Source: Eukaryota sp. TZLM1-RC
Taxonomy: Eukaryota; Protista; Metamonada: BaSk clade
Assembly: GCA_040285825.1 (NCBI GenBank)
Contig: JAUPSS010000003.1
Span: 806,001 to 870,000, forward strand
DNA: 64,000 nt
Reading direction: 5' to 3'
Both the position numbers and the translations under genes were made by a program. This document shows, piece by piece, positions 48,490 to 59,905 of the stretch (positions are counted from its first letter, which is position 1; every line of letters starts with the position of its first letter). The notes under the pieces were generated by a model. That model saw nothing but the letters and a program-made list of their open reading frames with translations. It made no database searches and was not told the origin of the DNA.

Positions 48490-50335
48490 TGGTCGCAGTA
48501 TCCATGGTGCTCTATTGCAATATATGCCGGAATTAATAACGTATTTTCAATCAACATATTGCACGTATTCTAATTTACATTTTGGTAACAACATTTTGAG
48601 TTCATCAAGTGGTGTAAAGCAAGGAGATCCGTTAGGGCCTCTTTTGTTTTGTTTGGCCATTCATCCTATTTTACTACAAATTCAAGAGATGTTTCCTTCA
48701 CTAAAAATGATTGCATATATGGATGATGTTGTGCTTATTGGTGATTTAAATATTGTGAAACAAGCAACTGTATGTTTTAAAGAATTATTTACCAAAATTG
48801 GTCTCCGACTTAATTTACTTAAATGTGTTTTGTTATCGAATTCTCCAGTTTCCACAATAATTGATGGTGTTGAAATTCAAGCCAAATTATATTCAATTGA
48901 TGCTATTCGTCATTTGGGTTCGTTTTAAGGAAATAATGATGAAATTACCAAAAATTCTTTGAAAAGTTGAACTCAATTTCTGACAAAATTGACCAAATGA
49001 TGAATTTAGATATAAAAAAACACATCAAATTTACCATTATAAGACTGTGTTTTAGTTCCAATTTTAATCATATATTTTGATCTACAAATCCTCTCGTCAC
49101 TAGACCTTTGGCTCAGAAGTTTAATGAATTACGTGCAAAAGTCTTGTCACAATTACTGGGATGTAAAATGTTTCAAATTCCAGATCATGCTTACCTTAGT
49201 CCACATTATGGCGGTTTAGGGTGGACGAAGGCTTCTATTCTTACCTCGTGTGCTTTTGTTGGTGGATGCAGAAATGCAATCTTTGAGTTTTCCGAAAGAT
49301 TTGCAGATTGGGAAGATTTATTGATGACAACGCAAAGTTCCACTGTTTTTGCATTAAATGAAGAAATTTCAAAAATTGATGTAGAAAAATGGGGTCGATG
49401 TTTTCCCCAATCATTCAATGGCAATATTCCAGAAAAAAATGTTTTAAATTTGAAGTACACTCTTCGAACATTACAGAAACGATTGACTGGAATGTATGAA
49501 AAAGATCTTTATAATAATATATGCAGCTCGGCTGTTTTAAATCAAGATCTTCACTCATTGTTATTGGAAAAGGGTGTTTGTGAAAACAAGTCGTCAGATT
49601 CTTCACTTTTTGTAACCATGGTACCACGAAGATTTGGATTGTGTGCCACTAATGAAGCATTTGTAACAAAAATGAGATTATATTTGAACATCCCCATTAA
49701 CCAATTATTATCAAAAGAAAAATGTATTTGTTCGAATTCACCTCAGCTCATTTTACGACAAGCTCTGAATTGTTCCAAATTGATAACTTATCGTTCTTTT
49801 CTCTGAATAATTTTGGTTCTGATGATAGAGGTGATGTATACTGTGATTGGATTGATAACTCTGAAGCTACTGTTGACTTTGTCTCATGTAATGTAGCAAA
49901 TGGTACTTTGGTTCACAGAAGAAAATTTAATCCTGTAAGTGCTCTTGATTTTAAAGCAAAAGAAAAACATAGAAAATATGATAAAGATATTGAAGAGGCT
50001 AATGCCGATAGAAATACACAGCTGGTTTTTATTGCTTTCCCATTTTCGATAAATGGAAGATTATCAGATGAAGCAGAAACATTTTTGAATGACTTCCAAA
50101 AAATGGTGCAAGAAAAAACAATGAGAAGATTTGATATATTTTTATGGCGTTCACGGATTCAATTTGCCATTATTAATAATTACCTCGGTTTTTCAATCGA
50201 ATTAGAGAAGCTTTAGCTAGACAGCAAGCAGATCAAGATTTTGTAGAGGAAATCTTGGTTCAATGATAGTCGTCCCATTAGTATTGAGTTAATTGAATTA
50301 AGTGTGCAAATTCAATAAGTAAAAAATGTATTAAT
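48490..50335 (+). mobile_element. Family A retrotransposon, 5'-truncated, 11 bp TSD, inserted just upstream of U2 copy 2
   Basis: GVKQGDPLGPLLF and YMDD RT motifs plus RLE; TSD ACTTCACTGGT (48479-48489) / ACTTCACTAGT (50336-50346); empty site present in the left arm near 35766-35776. Confidence 0.93.
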
Positions 50336-50381
50336 ACTTCACTAGTGAAGGGGTTCAAATTGGGAAAGAAATCTTTTTCCT

Positions 50382-50525
50382 TTAGTCTTCGCCTATATGG
50401 CTTAGATCAAGTGTAGTATCTGTTCTTATCAGTTTGACAGCTGATACGTCCTCTTCGGAGGGCTTTCTGTCATCGTATTTGTCTCCACCTTCAATGCTCC
50501 CGGCCTTACACCTTTGCTTGGTTGT
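50382..50525 (+). ncRNA. U2: U2 spliceosomal snRNA (copy 2)
   Basis: GCCTATATGGCTTAGATCAAGTGTAGTATCTGTTCTTATCAG...CTGATACGTCCTCTTCGGAGGG. Confidence 0.92.
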
Positions 50526-51112
50526 GTTGTTGGTTTTATTTCAACAACTGTCAGGTCTTATTTGGTCTTTTGCTTTGTTTTCAGGAATAGTATTATGTTT
50601 CAGCGTTCCTACTAGTTCTATTCAACAGTTATACCACACTCATGTTCTATGCTGCTTAGTTTTATGTCCACTTGGTTCAGTTACTGATATTGTGTGTTGG
50701 TTCTGGTCGCAGGTAACTATGTTACAGGACTTTTTTCCTTTGTATAGTGATCTTCAGTGGGTCGTATGTCTTCATTGGCAGTCTAGTATTCAAAAGGTTG
50801 TACCTTCATTATCAACAATATATAATGGTTACGCAAATGGGCTGTTTTTTAACTAACTTTCATCGAAACGGGAGTGTCTGTTGCTGTTACTGATTATGAT
50901 TCACCCATCAGCAAATATTTCCCCCTGTGGTCTTGACCCTTGATTGGACTGAATACCTCTATATAATTCCAACCACCAGCGACAACTTACTTCATGCTGA
51001 GGTTTACACTTCTAAAAATATAGTTCATCCCACATTCAATTTTGTTTGGTCTGAAAAATTGAGAAACACTCAAGTTTTCTTTATTTTTTAAAAAAGCTGC
51101 CAACATGAAAAA

Positions 51113-54100
51113 CTACCTTCTACTCAACTTTGATTTCCTCATCAAATAAAGAACATCGTGCAGATGACTGCCCCCAATAAACTCATGAAAATGTAGCTGT
51201 TGCAAATGGTGCTTCAACTTATTGAGTGGGCTATTGGTAAATAGATGGTGATTTCTACCGTCTAATGTCCCGAAACCGTCCTCACTTATAAACCCTCGAT
51301 TTCTTGCTTCCTCGGCAGCAGATGATCTTGGTCTAGGCCATAGACCAAAGCACTGGCAAAATAACTTTTCTGCCGAGACTGAAGCAAAAAATACAGAAGA
51401 TAAATAGAGGTTTAAAAAAGGACAAGTCTCTAATGATTCATCCACCTCAACACTCAAAGGGAACATAGTCCCATTAACAGACAACCTCGGTACAACCAAG
51501 TGGAGCCCAAACTGATCCCTAGCCTGGACTGGACACTTGTTAGTTAGTGATAGCAATTGATTTGCTTCAAAAGGCGAAATAAAGATAATCTCGCCACTTG
51601 AAGCATTCACAGCCCAACTTGGTCGACGAGAAAAGTCCAACGGTGCATTATTGATTATAGTACTAAATTCTCTGGTGCAAAAATCATTCTTGTTATCTAC
51701 ACCAAGAATTTCCCTACTCATATTAATAAAAGCATGATCGGCAAGGTTAAATCTGTTCTTGGCTAAATCCTTCACACCCTGACACAATCTAGGAACATGA
51801 GCTCTGGCTGGAGGGGGTCTATTAATAACCCTCTCCTCAACCAGCTCTTCTTCAAGTTCCTTCTCAAGCTCCTCTTCAATGGTGGTCTCCTCTAATGAAT
51901 GTCTACTTGAAAGTGTTTTCCACATAAAGTCCAAGACTTTTTGATCATCAATATTAGAACTTTGAAGCAAAAAAGATGGAGGGGTTGGGGTTAATTGATC
52001 TGAATAAAGCTCTTCAAGACTTTGTAAATCAGGCTCTTCAACATCATTAAACCAGGAAATAGCTTGTTTGGTCCAAGTTTTTAAAGATCTATTGACATAA
52101 CTTATAGAATTCAAAGTACACCACTCCACAATATTTTCAAATTCTACAGATGTTGGTTTTAAGTAGACAATATGATGTCTTTCTTGATCTAAACATAGCA
52201 ATTTTCGCATTCTCATTGAACCCTGGGCAAGCTTGTCTCTGGTTAACTCTTTGAAGAGGGTAACAGCAGCATAAGTACCAGGGGGAAACTTTAAATCAAC
52301 ACCACGAGTGTGGTAATCATCAAGATAAATAAGACAATCTTGAAGTTTCCCGAAATAGACGGATTCTTCATATCTTCTAATTGAGCGTCCATCAAAGACA
52401 ACCAGGTTATTGAAATCATTGAAAAAGAGAACTGCTGATTTTGTTGAGATTTTCAAGAACTTTTTCGCAAAGATTTCGTTGGTATCTTCAACAACTGCAC
52501 CTACATCAAGCAAAACCTGAATATGAGGATTTTGTACAAGGGCTTCAAGAAGATCACCATCATAGTTCAATATTGCTTGGGCCCTGATACCACAATCCAT
52601 TCTTTCATTAGTGTTTAAAACAAAGTCCAAGTCGTCCTGACCAGTGGGAAAAGGTAACAATTCCTTTGAAAGGTTTGTTCCTGAAAACCCCACTACAGGA
52701 CGAGTCGAATCAGTATTCACTAAATGCCAAGCAGAGGCACAACGCTTAGTGGGAAACTGTTTGGTAAAAATGGGGAAACATTTGGTGTTTAAAAAGTGAG
52801 ATATTAATGCTGGATTAAATTTCACTTTGTTGTAAATATTGTGGAGTAATTCTCCATCTGATAACACGATATTCTCAAAGGAATACTCGTCACTTGTCCA
52901 TACCTTTAACAAGTACTGTGAAGATTGCGTCAATTCATTCAAAACAACTTCAAATTGATTGAAACTTAACCCAATTTGATACCAAGACAACAATGTTAAA
53001 AAGATTGCTAGGTCTACATCTGAAAATTCCGAAGCGATAGATGGAACATCCTTAGCCCTGTAAGGAACTGCCATTAGAGACTTACGTCTAGAATCAATTC
53101 CATAATTGACACGGAAGCGAAGTCTAAAAGCTCTTTCAATGATTCTGTAATAGAATAAACCTCGGAAAATAAGGGCAATATGTTTTGTAGTACCGGTAAA
53201 GCAGTGAGAATGAATGCTACCAAGAGCAAAATCAACAATTTCTTGCTTGACATCGGGAGTCCAGTCAACATTAATATTTTGATGCAGACAAGTGTTCCCG
53301 TCCAAAACAAAGAAAAGAACACCTTTCTGGTTTTCAATACTTAAATTATGAGCAAATGGAAATTCGTAAAAATGTCTTATTGATTCAACAATGGCTTCAG
53401 CAACCAGCCAACGCAACGTTCCACCATCAATTTGAGTGGGGTTACCATAAGGATAAATCAATTGGGACCTAGGGTCAAGAATTTCATCGGATTCATCCAG
53501 AATATCCTGAATAGCATCAGTATCCAGTAGATCCAGTTCTAGTTGAGGCTCTTTTGACAATAAGAAAAAACTCTGCCGTGATTCTGGGGTGGTAATTAAT
53601 ATATCAGAGTTCTTGATAATTTGAGAATACCAAGAGAGAGGTTTCTTTCCTTGTCTTTTGCAAGTAAAAAGTGCAAGTCTAAGACCTAGAAGAGAAAATA
53701 CACGTTGGTACTTTAAGGTACATGTTTCGAATAAACTTTTCAATACATTAATTCTGGGAATATGGTTAACTGACAAAATACCGAGGCAAATAAGAGGAAT
53801 AATGACAGTAGTTTTGCCTTCTCCCATGTGCAATTGGGTTTGAGTACTAATTGACTTCCCCAAAAGATGGTCTGCAATCATAAACTGTTCTTCCCTTATT
53901 TTCAGACCAAGAACTTTTTCTAATAGTTGAGACCAATTGGAATAACAACCATCACCCATAGATTTGATCAATGACCAAGCTTCGTTGACCAACAAACACC
54001 AGGGATGTTTAATTTCATGAACATGTGTTTTGGAAATGGTCTGGGGGTGGCTTTCAACTATGGTGGTATTTGAAGTGTAATAATCTAAATACAAGGGAGA

Positions 54101-57100
54101 TCTTCTTGTTAAAGTGTTCAAAAAACTCAAACAAGACTTAATATCATGGTACTTTTGCACAACTCTTTCTTCGTCACGGTGGCTGTACCGTTCATATAAA
54201 TTAAGGTGGCCGTTGAATAAAAGATATTGGACTCTGATTCTTAAATGAGACTCTGAGGAAATGTAAAAATGAGAAGGGGGGAGCCAACGACTTAAAGACA
54301 CATCAGAAAAAGAGGTTCGATCTACACAAAAAGAATAAAAATAATTGGAAAGACTGGAATAACCCGATTGTGTGAAAAGATTCTCCACTGATTTAAAACG
54401 AAGAAAGTTCTTAAAATAGAAATACTCTTCGTCACTGCATCGTAATAGTGAATCAGCAAAGTTCAAGACCACACTGTGTAGGTCAAAAGTCTCCCAATCC
54501 AAGTTTTGAAGACAGCTTAGAATGTGGTCTTTATCTGTTGTATTGATACCATTAATACTTCTCAGAGAATCAAAATTATCAACTGAAAAAGGTGCGCATT
54601 CAAGCAACTTCTTTTCCATTTTTAATTCAAATAGACAAAGGTCCAATCTCTGTGCAATTTCTGCCCAAACACGTTCATTGAGATCAGGATACAAATAACG
54701 ATGGTCATGGTAAGCACGATAATGAAGGAAAAGAACACTCTCGTTAAGAAAAGGACCTTTACCTCCCAAGAGTTTATTGTGGCAAAGCATTACATTCACC
54801 AGTAGAGCATACAAGTCACTAGCCTTTGGTACAGCTAGTCCTTTGGGCCATTTGATAGTTTCCATCACCTTTAAATGCTCAGGGTAATACCCACGTTCAG
54901 GAGAAAGCTTCATGATGTCTTCTAAAACGGGTAGACAATCATCAGAATAAACCCTGCTTGGATAGGTCATAGTTTGTAATAAGTGAATTGCTATATGGAA
55001 CCCTTGAAGGGAGGTATTAAACATTCCATACAAGAGAACCAGAAAAAGCCAAGCAACCTGGTCCCCATCTGTATCAAACAGGTCCAAAGATTCCCTATAA
55101 TTGAACAGGTAAAATACCACAGTGGAAAACTTGTCCGAAGGAATTTTTATCTCCTTACCAGACACTCTACCAAAAGGGACAAGTAAAATCTTCTTGGACT
55201 CATTGGAAAGAAACAAAGATTGTTTAACATAAATGTTGGAACAGGGATTGGAGTTGTTGACGGTCATATCCAAAGTTGAACAAACTAATTCTCCATTGGA
55301 GATGATAAAGTTGAGATTGAACCTATAGAGGTTAATATTTGTCACATTGTAGTTCGAGTCAACTGTGACGATGATATGAATAATTGATTCAATGGGAAAA
55401 AACAGACTAATGTGATTAAACAATGGGCAACTTTGGGGTAAAACTACCTCATTCTTGCAATTAACAATTAACCCACAGTTGCAATTCATTCGGTACTCCC
55501 AAGACTCTGGTGAAAGCACTCTTTGCCTAAACTCTAGAATTCCATCATTGGATAGCCACTGATAAAGATGGTGACTAATTCTATAAGGAATTTTGGTTAC
55601 CCCCAATGATTCAGGGATAAATACCCAGCGAGTATTGTTGTCGCTTTTGAGAACCTGATAAATGAAGTTATCATCATTGAATTCATAGACAAATCCATTG
55701 TAATCCTCCAAGGTTCGATATCCCAATGGAGTGACAACAGTAGTCGGATTAAAACTGGTTCCAAATAAAAGTTCAAAGGAACAACTAGACCTTATTTTAT
55801 TGGGGAGCTTATTTGGAGTCCTTCTATTGATCAAAAACACACCTGAAGTTCTATTAAACTCAATTCGAAAAGTTCCATCATTACGGCCTAAATCGGTGTA
55901 ATACCAATCCTGATTCATGTGGCATTCACAGCACGAAGTATCAAAAGAGGCTGTTTTGTCAACAAACTGATCAAGAGTATCACGGGAAATTTCTTCCTTG
56001 GCAAGAGAAACAATGGTTCTATTGAAAAGATGTTCTGTTTTCATTGATTTTGACAGAATCCCAGAATAAATATACAAACTATGAAGAAAATCAACAGTCA
56101 TAATTGATTGATTATTCCAACGCTTATGTGAAAGAATATGGAGAAAGCAAATATGTTCTAGAAACTGTTCAGTACAGCGAGACTTCCATCCACAGAGTAT
56201 GTCTCTAATGACCTGATATGGTTTCTTGAGACAATCAAGGTCATTTACTTCTGAAATCTTGTCCAGGATCAATAAGCAAGAATATAAATTGAAAGGTTTG
56301 TCCCAAGTGTTAGAAACATTGGTGGCAAAATCAGTAATAGCTTGTGCAATCTTGGTAATGAATTCCTTGTTCTCAAGGTCTTGTAGAAAATCACCATGAA
56401 TCTCCCACCATACACATTCCAACAATTTGTGGGTTGCTGAATGATTGAAATCAAGTTCCTGGTTTAAGAAGGCAGCCAATGTGTTATGGAAACCAAGTCT
56501 TTTCCCTGCTCTCAATGACCCAAAAGCAACAAAAGTTTTCAATGAAAGGTCAGGAGGACAGACATGTTGTTTTACTAATATATCATTTTGGTTATGATTA
56601 AAATCAACAAAATCAGTCAAGCAAGTGTAGGGTTTCACTAATTGAGACCGAATTATTTTTGGCAAAAGAGGACCAGTGAAACAAAACTGATTGGTAGTGT
56701 TGGAGTTCTTAGATTTGTAAGCTGAAAATGAGGAACAATAGAGTTCTACCTTCTTTCCACAAGGCATGAAAAATTCACTGATTGGTTCATCAATGTGACG
56801 TTCCCTACCATAATGGCTGGATAGAAAACTTTTGACTGAGGAGTCAAGATGAAGCTGAGGATGATTGTGCCTTCGTATTCCTGGTAAAGACCAAATACCA
56901 TATTGTTTGGCGAAAGTTTCAGAATTTGCTTCATGGTAAAAACGGAGGCAGTACAAAGCATCGTATAAATCCTTGATAGAATCAGGTACCATTGAATCAA
57001 ATACTACCGCCCATCTGTGAGAATCCTCTTCAGGCAGTTTATTTTCATAAATCTTGTGAGTTCTACTATTTAGTTCTTGAACCAAATCACAATGGCTACA

Positions 57101-58630
57101 TGCAGAATAAAATCCTGGACAATGACGGGTCGCTGGAAGCCATTTCCTTGTACAGGTCATTCCTTTCAGGGTTTGGCGTCTCTGTTCCTGAAAGTCCTTG
57201 AGCCGTAAAACACTATTTCTATGACTAGCAATTTCAGATTTTTGCCGACGAATAGCACCATTCAATGCCAATCTCATAGATTCAGTTTGCTGGGCTACCT
57301 TGACTTGAAATGACTCACTGCTTTTAAAATCAGTGAAAGACCTTTTATTCTTTCGGACAGTAAGATTAGTCAAAAAGTCAAACAGTTCAAAAAACAATAT
57401 TCTATCACTGTTTGAAACAAACTGCAAATATTTCAACGATTCCAACTCGGGTAGCTCAATAAAAAACTCAGCAAGTAGAGAAAATTGAGACAATGCGTTT
57501 TCGTAAATTTCTCTAAAACATTTCATAAGAGAAAGAAAATACTGACTAAAACGATAAGGTTCTTTCAAACCTTTGCTAAAATAGAAAGAAAGCTTGCCTG
57601 ATAAAGAATCCAACATTTCCCTAGAGCTTTTCCTTACAGGAATGGTAGATGTTGGAATATCAAAAGACCCTGGTTGCGTCGAAACAGTTCCAAAAACAGA
57701 GGGATGTTGCCAATAAATTAGAGGATGTGCAGACGGTAGATTAATGAGACATGGGAAATTAGAGTGAGTTTTTTCTTTTTCATCATAAAGAATTTCGATA
57801 GCAGAATGGTTAAAATCAACACCTTTATTAGAAAGGTGAGAATAAGCTTGGATATAATCTGTTTTGGTTATTCTGAACGACAAATTATTTAAAAGCCAGT
57901 GCTTCAAAGCGGTTTGCCACGAAGAACTGTTGGTATAGTAATCTATTATTTGAAAAAGCACAGTAAAAGCGCCAGGTCTTCGGTAACAAAATTCCTGATC
58001 GTTCCACACGACCCTGTCATAGATCAATGCTTTTTTGGTGACGTTAGAAGGAGTTCCCTTGATCAGTGGGAGAAAGTAGTTTATGAAAAACAGAGAATTA
58101 GGAGCTTCTCGGGTTTCTGTTACTTCGCTACACGCCTTGTGGCTTTTCAAGTACATTGGACTCCAAAACTTTTGAGAAAGGAGAAAGACGGTGGATAGCC
58201 ATTGACGGAGGTTCTCACGGTCAATCATCGAGTATCGAGCAAACGGGGAAAACACTTCTGTGCGGTGAAATGGGGTTACAGTGGAGTTGGGTAATGATCC
58301 CCAAAAGAAAGAAATACTGAACTTGGACCTAGTTCGTGGTTCAATTAAGAACCCAACATTGAAATGTGCAAGATAAAAAGCCGTCGACCGAGTAAGATCA
58401 ACGTTCTCAACATTGAAGCTGAAGTGTAAATTCTTAAGGGTAGATCCGTGCTTACTTGAACCAAAATCTAGTAGAGCATCAACTAATTCTTCTTCACACT
58501 GCAGAATTGATCCAGGAGGGTTATCGGTGTCCCAAGGACAATCGAGCGGCATGAAAACAGCCGCAAATAACTCCCTGGACATGTGTGAAGATAGAGCAGG
58601 GAAAGTGAATTCCTGAGATTCTGAATACAC
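51113..58630 (-). CDS. Giant DUF3638/DUF3645-type P-loop protein (~2500 aa)
   Basis: QLHMGEGKTTVI, DESDEIL, LMAVPYRAKDVPS..SEFS, GFSGTN, TRGVDLK, QGSMRMRKL, YYPEHLKVM; true start uncertain (first ATG 58582). Confidence 0.85.
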   Translation of the reverse strand: MYSESQEFTFPALSSHMSRELFAAVFMPLDCPWDTDNPPGSILQCEEELVDALLDFGSSKHGSTLKNLHFSFNVENVDLTRSTAFYLAHFNVGFLIEPRTRSKFSISFFWGSLPNSTVTPFHRTEVFSPFARYSMIDRENLRQWLSTVFLLSQKFWSPMYLKSHKACSEVTETREAPNSLFFINYFLPLIKGTPSNVTKKALIYDRVVWNDQEFCYRRPGAFTVLFQIIDYYTNSSSWQTALKHWLLNNLSFRITKTDYIQAYSHLSNKGVDFNHSAIEILYDEKEKTHSNFPCLINLPSAHPLIYWQHPSVFGTVSTQPGSFDIPTSTIPVRKSSREMLDSLSGKLSFYFSKGLKEPYRFSQYFLSLMKCFREIYENALSQFSLLAEFFIELPELESLKYLQFVSNSDRILFFELFDFLTNLTVRKNKRSFTDFKSSESFQVKVAQQTESMRLALNGAIRRQKSEIASHRNSVLRLKDFQEQRRQTLKGMTCTRKWLPATRHCPGFYSACSHCDLVQELNSRTHKIYENKLPEEDSHRWAVVFDSMVPDSIKDLYDALYCLRFYHEANSETFAKQYGIWSLPGIRRHNHPQLHLDSSVKSFLSSHYGRERHIDEPISEFFMPCGKKVELYCSSFSAYKSKNSNTTNQFCFTGPLLPKIIRSQLVKPYTCLTDFVDFNHNQNDILVKQHVCPPDLSLKTFVAFGSLRAGKRLGFHNTLAAFLNQELDFNHSATHKLLECVWWEIHGDFLQDLENKEFITKIAQAITDFATNVSNTWDKPFNLYSCLLILDKISEVNDLDCLKKPYQVIRDILCGWKSRCTEQFLEHICFLHILSHKRWNNQSIMTVDFLHSLYIYSGILSKSMKTEHLFNRTIVSLAKEEISRDTLDQFVDKTASFDTSCCECHMNQDWYYTDLGRNDGTFRIEFNRTSGVFLINRRTPNKLPNKIRSSCSFELLFGTSFNPTTVVTPLGYRTLEDYNGFVYEFNDDNFIYQVLKSDNNTRWVFIPESLGVTKIPYRISHHLYQWLSNDGILEFRQRVLSPESWEYRMNCNCGLIVNCKNEVVLPQSCPLFNHISLFFPIESIIHIIVTVDSNYNVTNINLYRFNLNFIISNGELVCSTLDMTVNNSNPCSNIYVKQSLFLSNESKKILLVPFGRVSGKEIKIPSDKFSTVVFYLFNYRESLDLFDTDGDQVAWLFLVLLYGMFNTSLQGFHIAIHLLQTMTYPSRVYSDDCLPVLEDIMKLSPERGYYPEHLKVMETIKWPKGLAVPKASDLYALLVNVMLCHNKLLGGKGPFLNESVLFLHYRAYHDHRYLYPDLNERVWAEIAQRLDLCLFELKMEKKLLECAPFSVDNFDSLRSINGINTTDKDHILSCLQNLDWETFDLHSVVLNFADSLLRCSDEEYFYFKNFLRFKSVENLFTQSGYSSLSNYFYSFCVDRTSFSDVSLSRWLPPSHFYISSESHLRIRVQYLLFNGHLNLYERYSHRDEERVVQKYHDIKSCLSFLNTLTRRSPLYLDYYTSNTTIVESHPQTISKTHVHEIKHPWCLLVNEAWSLIKSMGDGCYSNWSQLLEKVLGLKIREEQFMIADHLLGKSISTQTQLHMGEGKTTVIIPLICLGILSVNHIPRINVLKSLFETCTLKYQRVFSLLGLRLALFTCKRQGKKPLSWYSQIIKNSDILITTPESRQSFFLLSKEPQLELDLLDTDAIQDILDESDEILDPRSQLIYPYGNPTQIDGGTLRWLVAEAIVESIRHFYEFPFAHNLSIENQKGVLFFVLDGNTCLHQNINVDWTPDVKQEIVDFALGSIHSHCFTGTTKHIALIFRGLFYYRIIERAFRLRFRVNYGIDSRRKSLMAVPYRAKDVPSIASEFSDVDLAIFLTLLSWYQIGLSFNQFEVVLNELTQSSQYLLKVWTSDEYSFENIVLSDGELLHNIYNKVKFNPALISHFLNTKCFPIFTKQFPTKRCASAWHLVNTDSTRPVVGFSGTNLSKELLPFPTGQDDLDFVLNTNERMDCGIRAQAILNYDGDLLEALVQNPHIQVLLDVGAVVEDTNEIFAKKFLKISTKSAVLFFNDFNNLVVFDGRSIRRYEESVYFGKLQDCLIYLDDYHTRGVDLKFPPGTYAAVTLFKELTRDKLAQGSMRMRKLLCLDQERHHIVYLKPTSVEFENIVEWCTLNSISYVNRSLKTWTKQAISWFNDVEEPDLQSLEELYSDQLTPTPPSFLLQSSNIDDQKVLDFMWKTLSSRHSLEETTIEEELEKELEEELVEERVINRPPPARAHVPRLCQGVKDLAKNRFNLADHAFINMSREILGVDNKNDFCTREFSTIINNAPLDFSRRPSWAVNASSGEIIFISPFEANQLLSLTNKCPVQARDQFGLHLVVPRLSVNGTMFPLSVEVDESLETCPFLNLYLSSVFFASVSAEKLFCQCFGLWPRPRSSAAEEARNRGFISEDGFGTLDGRNHHLFTNSPLNKLKHHLQQLHFHEFIGGSHLHDVLYLMRKSKLSRR

Positions 58631-59419
58631 CAGTCAGATGCTTCAAGACCCACGCCTAATTCCAACGGCTTTTCAGCAGTGAAATCAACTTCCACGGGTT
58701 GATTTGCTCTGTTTTGACTTTTCTCTTATTTGAGTTATAGCCCTTAAGTCAACACGGTCTGATAAGCTGATTATTGTGGTCTACCAATGACAATTTTCAC
58801 CACACCCGGAATATACAAATACAGTGCTTTTTCGTATTTGATGTAATTTACGAAAATTTGGTTAGTTAAAATAACTTTTTACAGAGAACTCTACATGGAT
58901 CAAACAGTATCCAACATTTTACAATAATAGGGATAGAGTCTGAACATTGTTGAGTGGTCTCAACTAATTACATTCTCTGATTTAAACTATCCGACTACTG
59001 TTATTACCGCAGTCAGTATTCTCTCGAATAATCTGGTATGTTGTTGACTTGGCCCAACTTTAAAAAACATTGTAGCACTTCAATAATGATGAGAGTTTTA
59101 AGAAATGAGTTTAAGGATGAACCATTCTTTTCTAAATTGTTTGCTTTTGGATTTGCTTTTTGTTGTATTTTTATTGTATTTAGAGAAAAGTGTGCGTGGG
59201 TTACAGGTGTGCTTTGTGATTTAAACCTTTTAGTTGATCTACCTGGGTACTGGACTGATTTAAAAATTTTGCAAAAATCTTTGAAGTTTACAGGTAATGT
59301 GAAACTAATTTTTATCAATAGAGTACACAATTGCATTTTTTCTGTGATTTTTACTCGTGTTTCTATTGAACAGTGGATGCAATCTTGTTAGTACTGACCT
59401 ATTGGATTACATAGCCAAT

Positions 59420-59905
59420 ACAGATGAATGAAGGTGTATAGCTGCTGGTTATCCAAATCCTAAAGACTCATTGATTGTTGCTTTCGACAACATAAGAATA
59501 AATTTCGTAGGATTTAGTTAATTTATTAAAAGGAATGGCTAACAAGCAATGGAAGCAAGAAGAAACTATCATGATGTTTAGCGACAATAGCAATAGGACA
59601 AAGAAGCATCATCGATCAAGTAGAGGAGTTGGATGGAGAAATTTCTCTAAAAGAAATAGGTATACAATATTTTGAGTTGATTACAGAAACACATCTTCAA
59701 AAGTGTCCAACTTGTTATAACCCAGTCAAAGTGTTTCTTGATGTTTAGAATTCAAGACCATGGATGAAAGAGAAGTATTTTTAAGGGGAAATGTTCATGG
59801 TAAGGACAAGATATGGAATCGTAGCAAGTTAGCATGTATCAATCTACATACATACGTTGATGATCCTGGAGGGTTAGAAGACATATGTACCTTGAATGTA
59901 GAGTA
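59420..59905 (+). mobile_element. Degenerate Fanzor1 remnant
   Basis: Frameshifted MFSD.S....SRGVGWRNFSKRNRYTIF*VDYRNTS / KCPTC..V..F...NSRPW / KIWNRSKLACINL. Confidence 0.7.

Larger units (their letters stand above)
46237..50860. repeat. Right arm of the inverted duplication (contains a later family A insertion and a ~370 bp deletion)
   Basis: Reverse complement of 35254-38370. Confidence 0.93.

Noticed and set aside
50351-50365. Pol III B-box or tRNA upstream of U2 (GGTTCAAAT)
   Set aside because: The match is incomplete and there is no cloverleaf or A-box.
48479-50525. Utopia-type U2-specific retrotransposon
   Set aside because: The insertion is upstream of U2, not inside it, and other family A copies occupy unrelated targets.
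50434-50856. 140 aa hydrophobic ORF
   Set aside because: It has a non-ATG start, overlaps U2, reflects T-rich composition, and the other copy of the duplication has indels in this region.
59013-59391. Overlapping 107 and 117 aa ORFs
   Set aside because: No recognisable motifs; probably decayed TE sequence that I cannot assign.
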